A stretch of 63,379 nt of DNA, filler included, from Octopus bimaculoides (lineage: Eukaryota), in assembly GCF_001194135.2 (NCBI RefSeq). It is 4 parts of 4 records of this genome, joined end to end, with 100 filler letters (N's around TTAATTAATTAA, not from the genome) between each part and the next. Parts side by side here need not be neighbours in the genome. Positions count along the whole stretch, not along the records: positions 30,226 to 53,443 come from NC_069004.1; positions 53,544 to 62,051 come from NC_068982.1; positions 62,152 to 63,379 come from NW_026380278.1; 1 more part is not named here. The stretch is one strand, 5' to 3'. Both the position numbers and the translations under genes were made by a program. How positions within the stretch are numbered: the stretch's first letter is position 1; each line of letters begins with the position of its first letter. Below are positions 51,310 through 63,379 of this stretch, piece by piece. Below the pieces are notes generated by a model. The model was not told the DNA's origin. It did not search any database and saw only the letters and a program-made list of their open reading frames with translations.

Positions 51310-52260
51310 GGGCAGAAATCGCCAGGATTGGATGGTCTGTCCCACGAACTATATTTCCACATTCCAGACTTACTTCGCTCCCGTCCTGGCAGCAGACTAG
51401 GAGCGTTTCCAGTTGACTGAGCCGAGAAGTGATGACGCTGACGATGAAGAATCCAACTCAGAGAGACGTGACAGGAAACTTCAGATCCATAACTCTGTTC
51501 AATACAGGGTTCGAAATATTGGCAAAAAGTTCTAACCAAGAGACTGGTTCTTCTCGGTAGCGTGGTTGTGGATGTGCCCAAATCAGTGCAATCTATCAAC
51601 GAAAACCTCCGCCTCATGCGATACATGAGGGTCAGAAAGAGATCTGTTTCGACGGGCTTGCAATTTAGGACTTGGAGAGATAGGTCCATACTAGAGTGGC
51701 GAGTTGTCAATGGAACGAGGATAAACACAAAGTCACATGCGCGCACGCGATGGACATCTCCCAATTAGCGTCTACCAAATCCGAAGCATTTGTGGGCCCG
51801 TGGCTATAGCAGAATACACTTGCCCAAGGTAGCACGCAGTTGGAACTGAAACCGAAAGCATATAGTCGAGAAGCAAGATTCTTAATGTACAGCAGCTCCT
51901 GCAGCTAAGATGGAAAGTATGAGCGACGAAGGCATAGGACCGGGCCTGGGCGTTGACGGGAAAAGTGTGAATAGAATCTCCTGGAGGGATTTCATATCAA
52001 AGACAACAGACAACTCTAGAAGGTTCTTGCCAAGAGCAAAATGCGTGCAAAGGACGAAATTGCCTTGAACCCGGTCGTTCAGTGTCTGAGCATTACCGAC
52101 TCGTGGAATGATATCTAACAACTGCTGCTGCGTGTAGGAATCCGGTCATGGGCCAAGTCTAGAGTGAAAACCGACGCTTCACTTTGCTTTGACAAGGAAA
52201 GACTGCTAGTCTTCCTCTGCATGGTGGCAGTGGCGAAAGAAGTTTGTATGGTAGCCTTAT
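51310..52260 (+). mobile_element. Tx1/L1-clade LINE remnants (RT N-part and C-terminal Cys region), interrupted by a SINE piece at about 51770-51900
   Basis: KSPGLDGLSHELY; NFRSITLFNTGFEILAK; VPKSVQSINENLRLMRY; later VVQCLSITDSW...LLVFLCMVAVAKEV; multiple frameshifts. Confidence 0.8.
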
Positions 52261-53262
52261 CTGAAAAGATTGAAGATAAGCATCAACTAGGCCCGAACCA
52301 GACACCCTCCAACTTCCACCCGTTCGGTCCAATGAAGGACTGTCTTTAGGGACAATGATTTGATAACATGATGTTGACCGGCTGTTGGTTTGTTTACGTC
52401 CCTGTGCCTTAGCGGTTAAACTAAAGAGACCGATAGACTGAATGTTGAGTAGTAGTACTCTTGTATAGAGGAAGAGTTATTCTACGAACATATGCAATTT
52501 CACTTGGCCCTACTTTCGGGAGAAGCCTCGTGTGTGTGTGTGTGTGTGTGTGTGTTTAAGGAAGTGTAAGGGACAGGGAAAAAGAGAGAACGTGTTGATC
52601 GTGATAAAAAAAGGATGATGCACTTAAATCTTGAAAAATTCTTGTTCTTTTGTCAGAATAAAAATACAGAAACAAAACAAAAAAATACTAAAAGCGTAGA
52701 AAAGAAAAGAAAAGAAAGAACGGAATAGAAGAGAATAAAATAAGGTTGCACGATTATCTGCGTAAGAAACTAGCTTCCCCACCCGCCTTCTATTTCGACC
52801 CCCTCCTCGCCACATACACATTAAACCATTTCAAGACAGCAGTTTGGCAACTTATCAGGAACTCTTTCGTAATAACTCATTCTCAAGAGTTGTGTGTAGT
52901 TGTGTATGTGTGTGTGTGTGTATATACTACGCACACTCACACACACACTGGTGTGTGTAGCACAATAATTAACAACTGTCTAGAATGGACAGTGAGTAGG
53001 CAGTCGCTACCTCACTGCTGTGACTATTGTGTTGCGGTCGTTGGCCAGGACACTAAACTTAAAATCGTCCTACTCCCATCTAGCTGCTAACAGGTACCAT
53101 AGGCGGTGCACAGTTCACAGTCGTATAGCACTAACCAAATCTATGAGTACCGTATTTTTGTATACATATATTACACGAATCCCAATTTCAAACGCGCAAT
53201 ATTTAAGGAAAAGTGCATCAGAGACAGTCATTTATGAGAGGCCAACTTCGAGCGAGCGAGCG

Positions 53263-53296
<34 letters not shown>

Positions 53297-53543
53297 AACA
53301 AACACACACACATATATACACACACACACACATATATACACACACACACACATATATATATACACACACACATATATATATATACACACACATATATATA
53401 CACACACATACATATACACACACACACACATACATATATATATNNNNNNNNNNNNNNNNNNNNNNNNNNNNNNNNNNNNNNNNNNNNTTAATTAATTAAN
53501 NNNNNNNNNNNNNNNNNNNNNNNNNNNNNNNNNNNNNNNNNNN

Positions 53544-53575
<32 letters not shown>

Positions 53576-54075
53576 CTGCGTGTATATATCTATACATGCA
53601 CGCATATGTGTATTTGAGCTTATGTATGTATATCACATGATTGTAATTATGTATGAACATATATGTGCGTGTTATTGTCTGTTAATGTGTGTATATAATT
53701 GTATGTGTATGCAATTTGTGGTCCATTGTATGTTTATGCTTCTATGTAAGTGTATCTGTAGAAATGTACAATACTTAGGAGTGTGTGTGAGGATTGTGCG
53801 TGTATATGAGGAATGTGCGTGTGTGTGTATGTGTGTGTATGTGTATGTGTGTGTGTGCACTGTGTATGTGTAGCTTATTAAGTGAGTATACTTGAGTATG
53901 TATATTTTATGCTGATGTTTATGTAATGTGGGCCTATGTATCTACACATGTTTTTCTAGTGTGTATATTGTCTTATATATACTCCTATGTGTTTGAGTGT
54001 ATACATACACGTACACAGATCTGCATATTTACCAACACATGTATGTAAGTACGCTTATATGTATGTATGCATGCA

Positions 54076-54106
<31 letters not shown>

Positions 54107-54199
54107 ATGTATGTATGTATGCATGTATGTATGTACGTGTCTTTGCGAATAGGTTTATAACGAATTATATGTATATGTGTGTTTATATATATGTGTATG

Positions 54200-54230
<31 letters not shown>

Positions 54231-54641
54231 CCAAATATATATATATATATATCCATGTATATACAATATGTATGATATATATTTATATATATATATATTA
54301 TACNNNNNNNNNNNNNNNNNNNNNNNNNNNNNNNNNNNNNNNNNNNNNNNNNNNNNNNNNNNNNNNNNNNNNNNNNNNNNNNNNNNNNNNNNNNNNNNNN
54401 NNNNNNNNNNNNNNNNNNNNNNNNNNNNNNNNNNNNNNNNNNNNNNNNNNNNNNNNNNNNNNNNNNNNNNNNNNNNNNNNNNNNNNNNNNNNNNNNNNNN
54501 NNNNNNNNNNNNNNNNNNNNNNNNNNNNNNNNNNNNNNNNNNNNNNNNNNNNNNNNNNNNNNNNNNNNNNNNNNNNNNNNNNNNNNNNNNNNNNNNNNNN
54601 NNNNNNNNNNNNNNNNNNNNNNNNNNNNNNNNNNNNNNNNN

Positions 54642-54690
<49 letters not shown>

Positions 54691-55421
54691 ATATATGTAT
54701 ATGTATATATATTTATATATGTATAGATATATATACATACATGTGTGTGTGTGTGTATAACATATATATGTATTATATATCATGGTGTGTGCATATATGT
54801 ATACATACATATGCATACACATATGCACACACACGCAAGCACGTACACATGCATACCTTTGTGATGTCTATTAAAATGCATGCACGTATGTGTGAAAGTG
54901 TGTGTATATCTGTATGCGTGTGTGTGCGTGTGTGTATGCATGCGTGTGTCTGCGCCTGCGAGCGTTTGTGCGCGTGTGTGTGTGTGTAAATGTTGCCTTC
55001 TTAAATTTTATGTTCTAACAGGATCGGCAAATCTGGAAGACATTAAACGGTCCACTGATGCATAGCTCCATAAAATTAAGCTGTATATCGCTGTTTATGT
55101 TTCTTTATTCCATAGTGTGGGGAGGTAGTGACTAGTGTTTAATTGGCTAATGCTTCCTGGGCCCAAGTTATATGACAATCGGCGATACACCGGAGAACTT
55201 TCGCTTTATGAATATAGATGCATATAGCGTTGTGGCGTTCATGCTGTAATCAAGGGTATAAACAATATATGCATATATATATTCTTTTTTCTCTCTCCGT
55301 TTCCTTTCCCCATTCCTTTCTGTGAAGAGTGTAGGCTCGAAACGTCAATAACTTTTCTATTTTTTCAGAGCGTGAAACTAATACAACTTGTTTGCTGTCT
55401 TTTGATTTTTGTATATTTGAA

Positions 55422-55467
<46 letters not shown>

Positions 55468-56244
55468 TATATATATATTATATATATATACATATATAAA
55501 GTATATATAAATATATATATGTATATGCCGAGGTAAACACGTACATGCAGTATGTCATTCAATATAAATGCGTGTAAAGTGTGAGGACGCAGACTTGACG
55601 GAGAGATTTAAGGAATTACCATCGCAGTCATCATATTCTGGTTTCGATTTCACTGTTGGCTTTCTTAGGCTATTGTCTTTCTACACAGCTTCGGACTGAT
55701 CGAAGCATTCTACTAAAAGTTTCCTAAATTTGAATTGTTTAGATAACAGCTCTTCATTTAAGAAGTGATCAGTCGCCCACCGTCTCTATACATCCCGACG
55801 TGAATGTATAGTAGCTGGAATTGTTTAGATTGTAGCTCTTCACTTTGCAACAGGTCACTCGTCCATCTTATCTGTACAACTCTACGCCTAAGGATCTAAG
55901 TTTGTTTCGAATACATGTTATAGAATCTTCAGCTTCATCTTAACTTCCCATGGTTATCACAAAAAGCTAATCTACTTCAAAGATGTCATCAAATTCAAAA
56001 AGCAATGTTTGAATTATACGTTAAAATACTGATATCAATCTCGATAATAGTTGAAACATTTTTTGTTGAACGCTTAGCTGAGCGCTTGGAAGAGTTTTGT
56101 AACATTGTATTGTCAATTTGGGTGAATTTAGAAGTATTTCTACTATGTTGTTGAGCCATTTGATTATTTGGATGTTGTTATTTCAAAAATATCATTTCGT
56201 AGTTTGTTCTTATTTTATGAATATCGTCAAAATAGGAACATTTT

Positions 56245-56480
56245 TCACATCCTAGAAACGAAGGATGAGTTGAATCTTAATGAAAAGGGTTTACCGCCAT
56301 GTTTGATAAGTTTTGTTGGAATCTGATCCAGTCTGCAAATGCCTGGTTTCGCATTTTTCGACGCTGCCTTTTGTAGTAATAGTGAAACTCTATTTGCAGG
56401 AATATGAAGCCTAGATGCTTTATCGAAGACACAAAATAGCTGGAACATTCTCCTCAAACAAAGATGTGAACGATGCTATT
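56245..56480 (-). mobile_element. RTE RT N-terminal fragment
   Basis: KNAKPGICRLDQIPTKLIKHGGKP..., resembling K(A/S)PG.D.IPAELIKHGG. Confidence 0.6.
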
Positions 56481-59104
56481 CGTAGAAATTAGATTCTTAA
56501 TGGAACCAAACAAAACAGAAATGAGGCTGAGGTGCTACACCGGTCTCTTTTAGACTCAGCGTTAACTCTCATGTCGTTGTTGAGAATATTTATCACTGGT
56601 CAAATATGTGTGCGCGCGCGTGTGCGTGTCTGTGTGTGTGTGTGTGTGTGTGTAATCAACTGAGAACACAAAAGATTCAAATACTCGGAACCGTGAGATA
56701 CCGATGATGATCATGGTCATGATCATGATGATACACACATGCATACACACTCTATTTCGCTATTATTGTCGTTTAGCCGATCACATGAATGTCTAACTGC
56801 AGCCCACAACTTTCGGTTAAACAAATTTTCATCTACGAACCATAAACGTAAATCAGTTCCAATATTTTGTATGCTTCAGTCATTGTGGATTTCTATTATA
56901 ATATAACATATAAAATTATTATTTTAAAGCCTTATTAACATATTGCATAATATATGATAATATAAGAAGCAGTATATAATAGAATATCATATAATGTATA
57001 AATATAGTTTTGTTTCTTCTATTCCAATATGTGCTTCATTATATTGCGCTTCTATTCATTTACCCACGTCGCAGTATTTTCATTCCAATACAGTAATTCT
57101 TGTCACCGGAGTTTTAAACAAAAATAACGCCAAGTAAAGACTTTGTTCATTTCATTGAAATATATTTAAATAAATATTTCAATTCCGGTGGCAAATTTTT
57201 CAATTAATTACAATTTTAATCACTCTGTAAAAAGTATTATATCATTATTCATATATTCCATTCAGCTCGCTGTCAACGTCCATTGATCGTTTAAATATAG
57301 GTTTCAAATAATTTTCTGGCACAGGAAATAAAAAAAGGAAAAAGAACTTGCCATTTCTTTCAGTTCGTTATATGCTTTAAGATTTCATTCATTTTTAAAA
57401 TTTATTTTTCAGTTAATTGCTAAGGTAAAGTTTTCATCGCCATTCTTCAATCATCTGCAATCTTAATTTCTTACAAACTCAAATTTCTTCATTAGCCAAA
57501 ATTTTCATACATTGTTCATTAAAATTTCATGACTCTAGTATTTCCTTCTTCCGTCTCTTCAATCACGATATAGTAGATATGTTATCCGTTCGGCAGAGGA
57601 AAGGTACAGCAATCAATTCATAGATTTTTTAGTACTCGAAACTTAGCATAAAATTTTATACATTCATTCTATTTACGTATATATATATATATATATATAT
57701 NNNNNNNNNNNNNNNNNNNNNNNNNNNNNNNNNNNNNNNNNNNNNNNNNNNNNNNNNNNNNNNNNNNNNNNNNNNNNNNNNNNNNNNNNNNNNNNNNNNN
57801 NNNNNNNNNNNNNNNNNNNNNNNNNNNNNNNNNNNNNNNNNNNNNNNNNNNNNNNNNNNNNNNNNNNNNNNNNNNNNNNNNNNNNNNNNNNNNNNNNNNN
57901 NNNNNNNNNNNNNNNNNNNNNNNNNNNNNNNNNNNNNNNNNNNNNNNNNNNNNNNNNNNNNNNNNNNNNNNNNNNNNNNNNNNNNNNNNNNNNNNNNNNN
58001 NNNNNNNNNNNNNNNNNNNNNNNNNNNNNNNNNNNNNNNNNNNNNNNNNNNNNNNNNNNNNNNNNNNNNNNNNNNNNNNNNNNNNNNNNNNNNNNNNNNN
58101 NNNNNNNNCCCATACTTACAGAGAAAATAGATTAAAACAACCTGCGTGCGTGCGTGTATGTGAGTGTGTGTCACTGAAGCCATTCATACATATGTACATA
58201 ATAAATAAATAAACTGAATGATAAATTTCATTTATCTCTCTCTCTTTCTTTTTTTCTTTCTCTCTCTCATATACACATACACCATCAACATTACTCTCTC
58301 TGTCATGTACACCCCATCAAACATACACACTCACACATACACACAGACATACGCACGCACATCAAATCTCCTCTCTCACCAGAACTTCAAAAGAAGTTCA
58401 GCCATAAAACTCTCCATGTATCTTCGACGCCCACTTCAAAAGAACGCCATCCCTTTTCACCTGTCCGGCCATTGATCGACAGATAAAACACAAACCAACT
58501 CCTGCTAAATGCAAAAATCCCGCCAAAAATACACACATATACAAACACAAACGGACATTTCATGTCTTTCAGTTTCTCTATGATTATACACACGTCGAAA
58601 ACAATAGCTCATTTTAATCTTCAACAGGTATGTATCAATTTCTATAATATAAATTGTTTTTCTATAAGCGTATAACAATTACTTATTCCATACTTCACTT
58701 TGCTTTTCTTTTCACTTTTCTTAAATTGGATACTTCTGCTATTAATTCTTACACACAATTTCCCCGTTCATTCTTACAGCTTCANNNNNNNNNNGATAAA
58801 ACTGCTTACAAAAATTGCGATTAATGTATAATTTCTTTCTATGTACATAATTAAATAAATCTTTTAATGATTAGACAGACGTCCAGTAGAATAGCACTCA
58901 CTACTACGTACAAATTCTTTCTTCACAACTCCTGAAGCCATTTTCTGACAGGAGGGGGTAAAATCTTCATACAGCTGGAGGCTCCAATCGAAACGGGACA
59001 CGAAATGATCAGGTTTAGAAACGCTGTTATAGATTATGCCTTACTGAAAACAATCACAGCCACATCATCCAAACAGACCGGGTGAAACCGGGTTTAGCTG
59101 TTAG

Positions 59105-59135
<31 letters not shown>

Positions 59136-59657
59136 CTTTTAGCGATCACCGCGCAATGGACTAAAGAAATAGTCTAATAATGGGGCATATAAGCCCTCGA
59201 CAGAAAAAACAAGGTTTTTCCGTACGTGTGTGACTCGAACCCCATTTCAACATGTCATCCGATAATCACTCCGGCAAGAACTATTCGGATAGAATGGGGC
59301 ATGCTAAAGCTAGGCCGAAACAGCTGTAAGATTAAACTTCTGTTCATTCTCTAATTTCTTATGTACTTTGTACTTCTATATGTAAACCCGGTTGGCAAAA
59401 TAACATGATTTGTCATAAACACCTGTACTTTGGTTTTTTTTCTTTTTTGTCACTTTAGCTATGAATTAAATTAAGGAATTCAACGGAATACACTGTCTGC
59501 AAGTAGTTGGGTTCAGCATATTATCCTCCATTTACCCGCTCCCATTTATTGCACTTGGTATAACACTAGTGTAGCAATAATTGGGTACCCTCCCAGCAGT
59601 ATATTGGATAGATACTATCCCTTAGTGGGTTGAACCCTCAACCCCTAACTCTCTCGC

Positions 59658-59716
<59 letters not shown>

Positions 59717-60476
59717 GTATGTGTATGTATGTATGTATGTATGTATGTATGTATGTATGTATGTATACACGTGTGAACGTGTGCGTGGTTGTGTGTGAAT
59801 ACTATAGTTTGTGTGTTTATACAGAAATAAAGACACAGCGGGATATGTGTATGCGTGTGTGTGCGCGTGTGTGTGTATGCCTATCTGTGTAGGCAGGAGT
59901 GTTACGTACGCATATATTTTTGTGAAAAGTATATTTAAAACAACAGTAAACAACAGCTACATATTTCTATTTCTATGAATATATACATATACGCACTTAA
60001 AATGTAATTGTGTGTTTGCATATGTATGTGTGTGTGTGGCTACACACGCACACACACAGACTGACAAGCAGACAGACAGACAGACACAAACACACACACA
60101 CACGCACGCACACACACACACAAGTAGTCAGTAATGTTTACTGGTGTGCTTAAAGATAGTGTATCACAATATGAAAGTTAAATGCCATGGGAATCCACTC
60201 CGAACACAGTTATTTGATCTGTTTACATGAAAAACTTTACATCTCACTTGTGTTTCAAGTAGTTTTATAATTCACCCTCTCCCTTTCTCTCTTATTCGCT
60301 CTCTCTGCCCCTTCTCTTATCTTCTTAATCTCTCTCTATCTATTTCTCTCTCTCCTTTACACTGCTACTCACTTTCATTTATATCCTCTTTCATTATTTC
60401 ATCTACTCACACTGTCACCTCTTTACTGTATTCTTACATTGGTCGCTCACTCACAGACAGACAGACAGACAGACAG

Positions 60477-60522
<46 letters not shown>

Positions 60523-60904
60523 TGATGATGATGATGATTTTGGCACGAAGTCAGCAGTTTCGAGGGAGGGTAAAGTCGATTAGATCAAGCCCAGTGGTCA
60601 AATGGTTCATATTTTATCGACATCGACGGATGAAAGGCAAAGTCGACCTCGACGGAATTTCAACTCAGAACGTAAAAACGGACGAAATGCCGTTAAGAAT
60701 TTTGCCTGGCGTGCTAACGACTCTGCCAGCTCGCCGCCCTTTCTTTTGAATTCCGATTCTTTTCCGTATCTTACTGAGTGTCAACTGATACCTGGGGCGA
60801 AATTTAGTAACACGAACATTTAATAAACAATTGGCTTATAACTGTCACCATAAGAGCATAAACAAATCAGTAAATATCTTTGCAAGGTATTAAAATCGAT
60901 AAAG

Positions 60905-61555
60905 CCCTTCTCAAGACGTGCACCGTAACGCTATTTTTTATGTCTCTTCCAGGAATGGCTGCCCAGGCTTCTGGTTCCATCAACTTCCCTGTTACCTACG
61001 TAATCATTCCAAATGCACCGATCATCATTGACAATGTACAGGCCTTAAGAGACCACATGTTCTCAATTTCAATTATCAGGTCTTTATATTTACTAAGCTT
61101 TCGGAACTCTTTCTAGATGATGTGATTAGATAGTGTTGCCATTTCAATTAGAAGACATGTTTTGTTTTTGCTGTACTTCATAATTGTACCGGGTCTATTG
61201 GCCTTGATCTTTCTGTCGGTGTCCACAAAAAATGCCAAAGGGTTATTACATTCTCGTCTTCAGTTATTGCATCTGGTTCAAGCTTGTACCATTTCCCTTT
61301 CTGTCTTTATACCGTAAAACCTGCATATTACCCCATGTAAATATCGTCCTACGCTCTCATGCTTAGTTTTATACTCCTGCGGAACCAATACTTTGAAACA
61401 AAGTAGTCAATGGTCTCCACTTGCTCAACGCAAAATTGACACTTTGTGTCAGTTCCATTTATTACATTGGCTTGCAAGTTGTGCGTGGAAAGACAATGGC
61501 ATTGTGCAGCCAAAATGAAGCCTTTACTCTCTGCTTTTAGTCCACAACTCCGCAA
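60905..61555 (-). mobile_element. R4/Dong-like LINE 3' region (Zn knuckle + RLE), decayed
   Basis: GLKAESKGFILAAQ...CQFCVEQVETIDY...KWYKLEP...NRPG...CLLIE...KLSKYKDL..EIENMWSL...IGAFG. Confidence 0.85.
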
Positions 61556-62600
61556 ATATATGTGTATATGCGCGAGTGTGTGCATGCACGCGTGTATGTG
61601 TCCGAGCGTTGAATCTTAAAGGTCAGTGAAAATCGCATCTATAACTAATCATGAAGAATACATCAGCAGTACAAAGAAATAAAATACTAATCCCTTTAAA
61701 ACAACAACTACTTTAACAGTACCAGAAACACCATCCTACTACATCTACACATTCAAAGCAATTTGCCGACGGCCCTTCATCAGCAGCACATCCTGATAAG
61801 CTCAGTGACTATTACCAAGTTCAGGCCATGACAGACAGAGGGGATGTTCTTGAAGCCAAGGATTTTAAACTTACGGAGACAATATTTACATATCGCCTTA
61901 GAGAACACAACTAGATCTCATGATGCAGGCAAGCAGTTGCATAATAAAGTACCTGCACTCCTGGAGAACTACTTTGCGTGGAAACAATTACAACGATTAA
62001 AGAATAAATGTCCAACAGTACCCCTTCTTGTTGACTCCAATTTTTTCAATTNNNNNNNNNNNNNNNNNNNNNNNNNNNNNNNNNNNNNNNNNNNNTTAAT
62101 TAATTAANNNNNNNNNNNNNNNNNNNNNNNNNNNNNNNNNNNNNNNNNNNNATATATATATATATATATAAATATTTAACTACACTCTCGGAGTGGTTGG
62201 TGTTAGGAAGGGCATCCAGCTGTAGAAACTCTGCCAGATCAGATTGGAGCCTGGTGTAGCCATCTGGTTTCACCAGTCCTCAGTCAAATCGTCCAACCCA
62301 TGCTAGCATGGAAAGCGGACGTTAAACGATGATGATGATGATATATATATATATATGTATACAAACACATATATATGGATACACATTCTACACACACACA
62401 CACAAATGGTGGCAAAAGGGTAGAGATATTGTAAATATAAACATAAGACAAATTTATGTAACAGATAAGGTTTATTATTATTGTAAATATTGCATATACA
62501 CACGCGGCTTATTAGTAATTCTGTAAACAGTTGATACATGTATATATAGATGTATATATTATGTATGCATGCACATATACGTATCATACATATGCATGCA

Positions 62601-62646
<46 letters not shown>

Positions 62647-63065
62647 NNNNNNNNNNNNNNNNNNNNNNNNNNNNNNNNNNNNNNNNNNNNNNNNNNNNNN
62701 NNNNNNNNNNNNNNNNNNNNNNNNNNNNNNNNNNNNNNNNNNNNNNNNNNNNNNNNNNNNNNNNNNNNNNNNNNNNNNNNNNNNNNNNNNNNNNNNNNNN
62801 NNNNNNNNNNNNNNNNNCGAAATGGTGTATTTTACGTGCCACCTGCACAGGAGCCAGTCCAGCGGCACTGGCAATGAACTCGCTCGAATGTCTTTTCACG
62901 TGCCACTGGCACAAGTGCCAGGAGGGCGACGTTGGTAACGGTCACGCTCAAATGGTGCTATCTACATGCCACCGGCACGGAAGCCAGACAGCTGGTGCTC
63001 TGGTAACGATCACACCCGGACGGTGCTCTTAGTGATCTACTGGTTCAGGTGCCATCACGATTATA

Positions 63066-63379
63066 TCTATACTATATATAAAACAGAGATGTGTGTGTAA
63101 TCGCTTTTCACGTGAAATCGACTTCACCAAATGCTTCCATACTTGTAATGCATGAATAATTTGACCTCGGATAAATCTTAGGCTCTTCATTTGATTTTTT
63201 TAATTAAAAATAAATAATATTGCTTTATATTTAAGATTCACTTCTTTAAAAAGGTTCCTCAATGTCAACTTCCAGTATTGACGTAACAACCGCAAAAAGC
63301 TTCACTCTCTATTTTGTGTGTTTGTGTTCGTGTGTATGAGAGAGAGAGAGAGAGTAAATACCACATACACACCGCTCTC
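63066..63379 (+). mobile_element. Possible non-autonomous Helitron 5' end; similar start at 44697; possible 3' end at about 59070-59105
   Basis: A|TCTATACTATATATAAAACAGAGATG at 63066 and A|TCTATAATAATGAAAG at 44697; GC-rich CCGGGTGAAACCGGG motif followed by TTAGT at about 59080-59105. Confidence 0.4.

Noticed and set aside
51219-51764. 181-aa minus-strand ORF as a host gene
   Set aside because: The plus strand carries Tx1/L1 RT motifs; the ORF is the antisense shadow.
55021-55125. Possible plus-strand exon after a strong acceptor (tttatgttctaacag)
   Set aside because: Weak donor, no partner exons and no recognisable protein.

Overview
AT-rich animal genomic DNA, dense in microsatellites and transposon remnants, with many N gaps. 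The repeat landscape resembles a coleoid cephalopod (Octopus-like); this is an inference, not a database result. The only well-supported protein-coding gene is a pappalysin (PAPP-A family metzincin) on the minus strand. Four consecutive GT-AG exons (22738-22453, 19770-18988, 1752-1616, 756-466) splice in frame and encode most of the LamG-like domain, LNR1-2 and the catalytic domain, including HEFGHNLGLWH and the Met-turn. The gene continues off the left edge, and its 5' exon(s) were not confidently found. The rest is intronic/intergenic: decayed LINEs (RTE, R4/Dong-like RLE, Tx1/L1), mariner/Tc1/pogo/hAT/piggyBac-type remnants, foldback MITE-like palindromes, an LTR remnant with a tRNA-Trp-like PBS, tRNA-derived SINEs, a tRNA-Pro pseudogene, a 25-bp minisatellite and artificial assembly linkers. 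I did not find a clearly new multi-gene system. The best leads are the LNR2 cysteine state of the pappalysin, a pre-miRNA-like hairpin inside a foldback element, several intronic foldbacks, and unusual transposon architectures. All alignments were done by eye, and repeat boundaries are approximate unless termini or TSDs are quoted.
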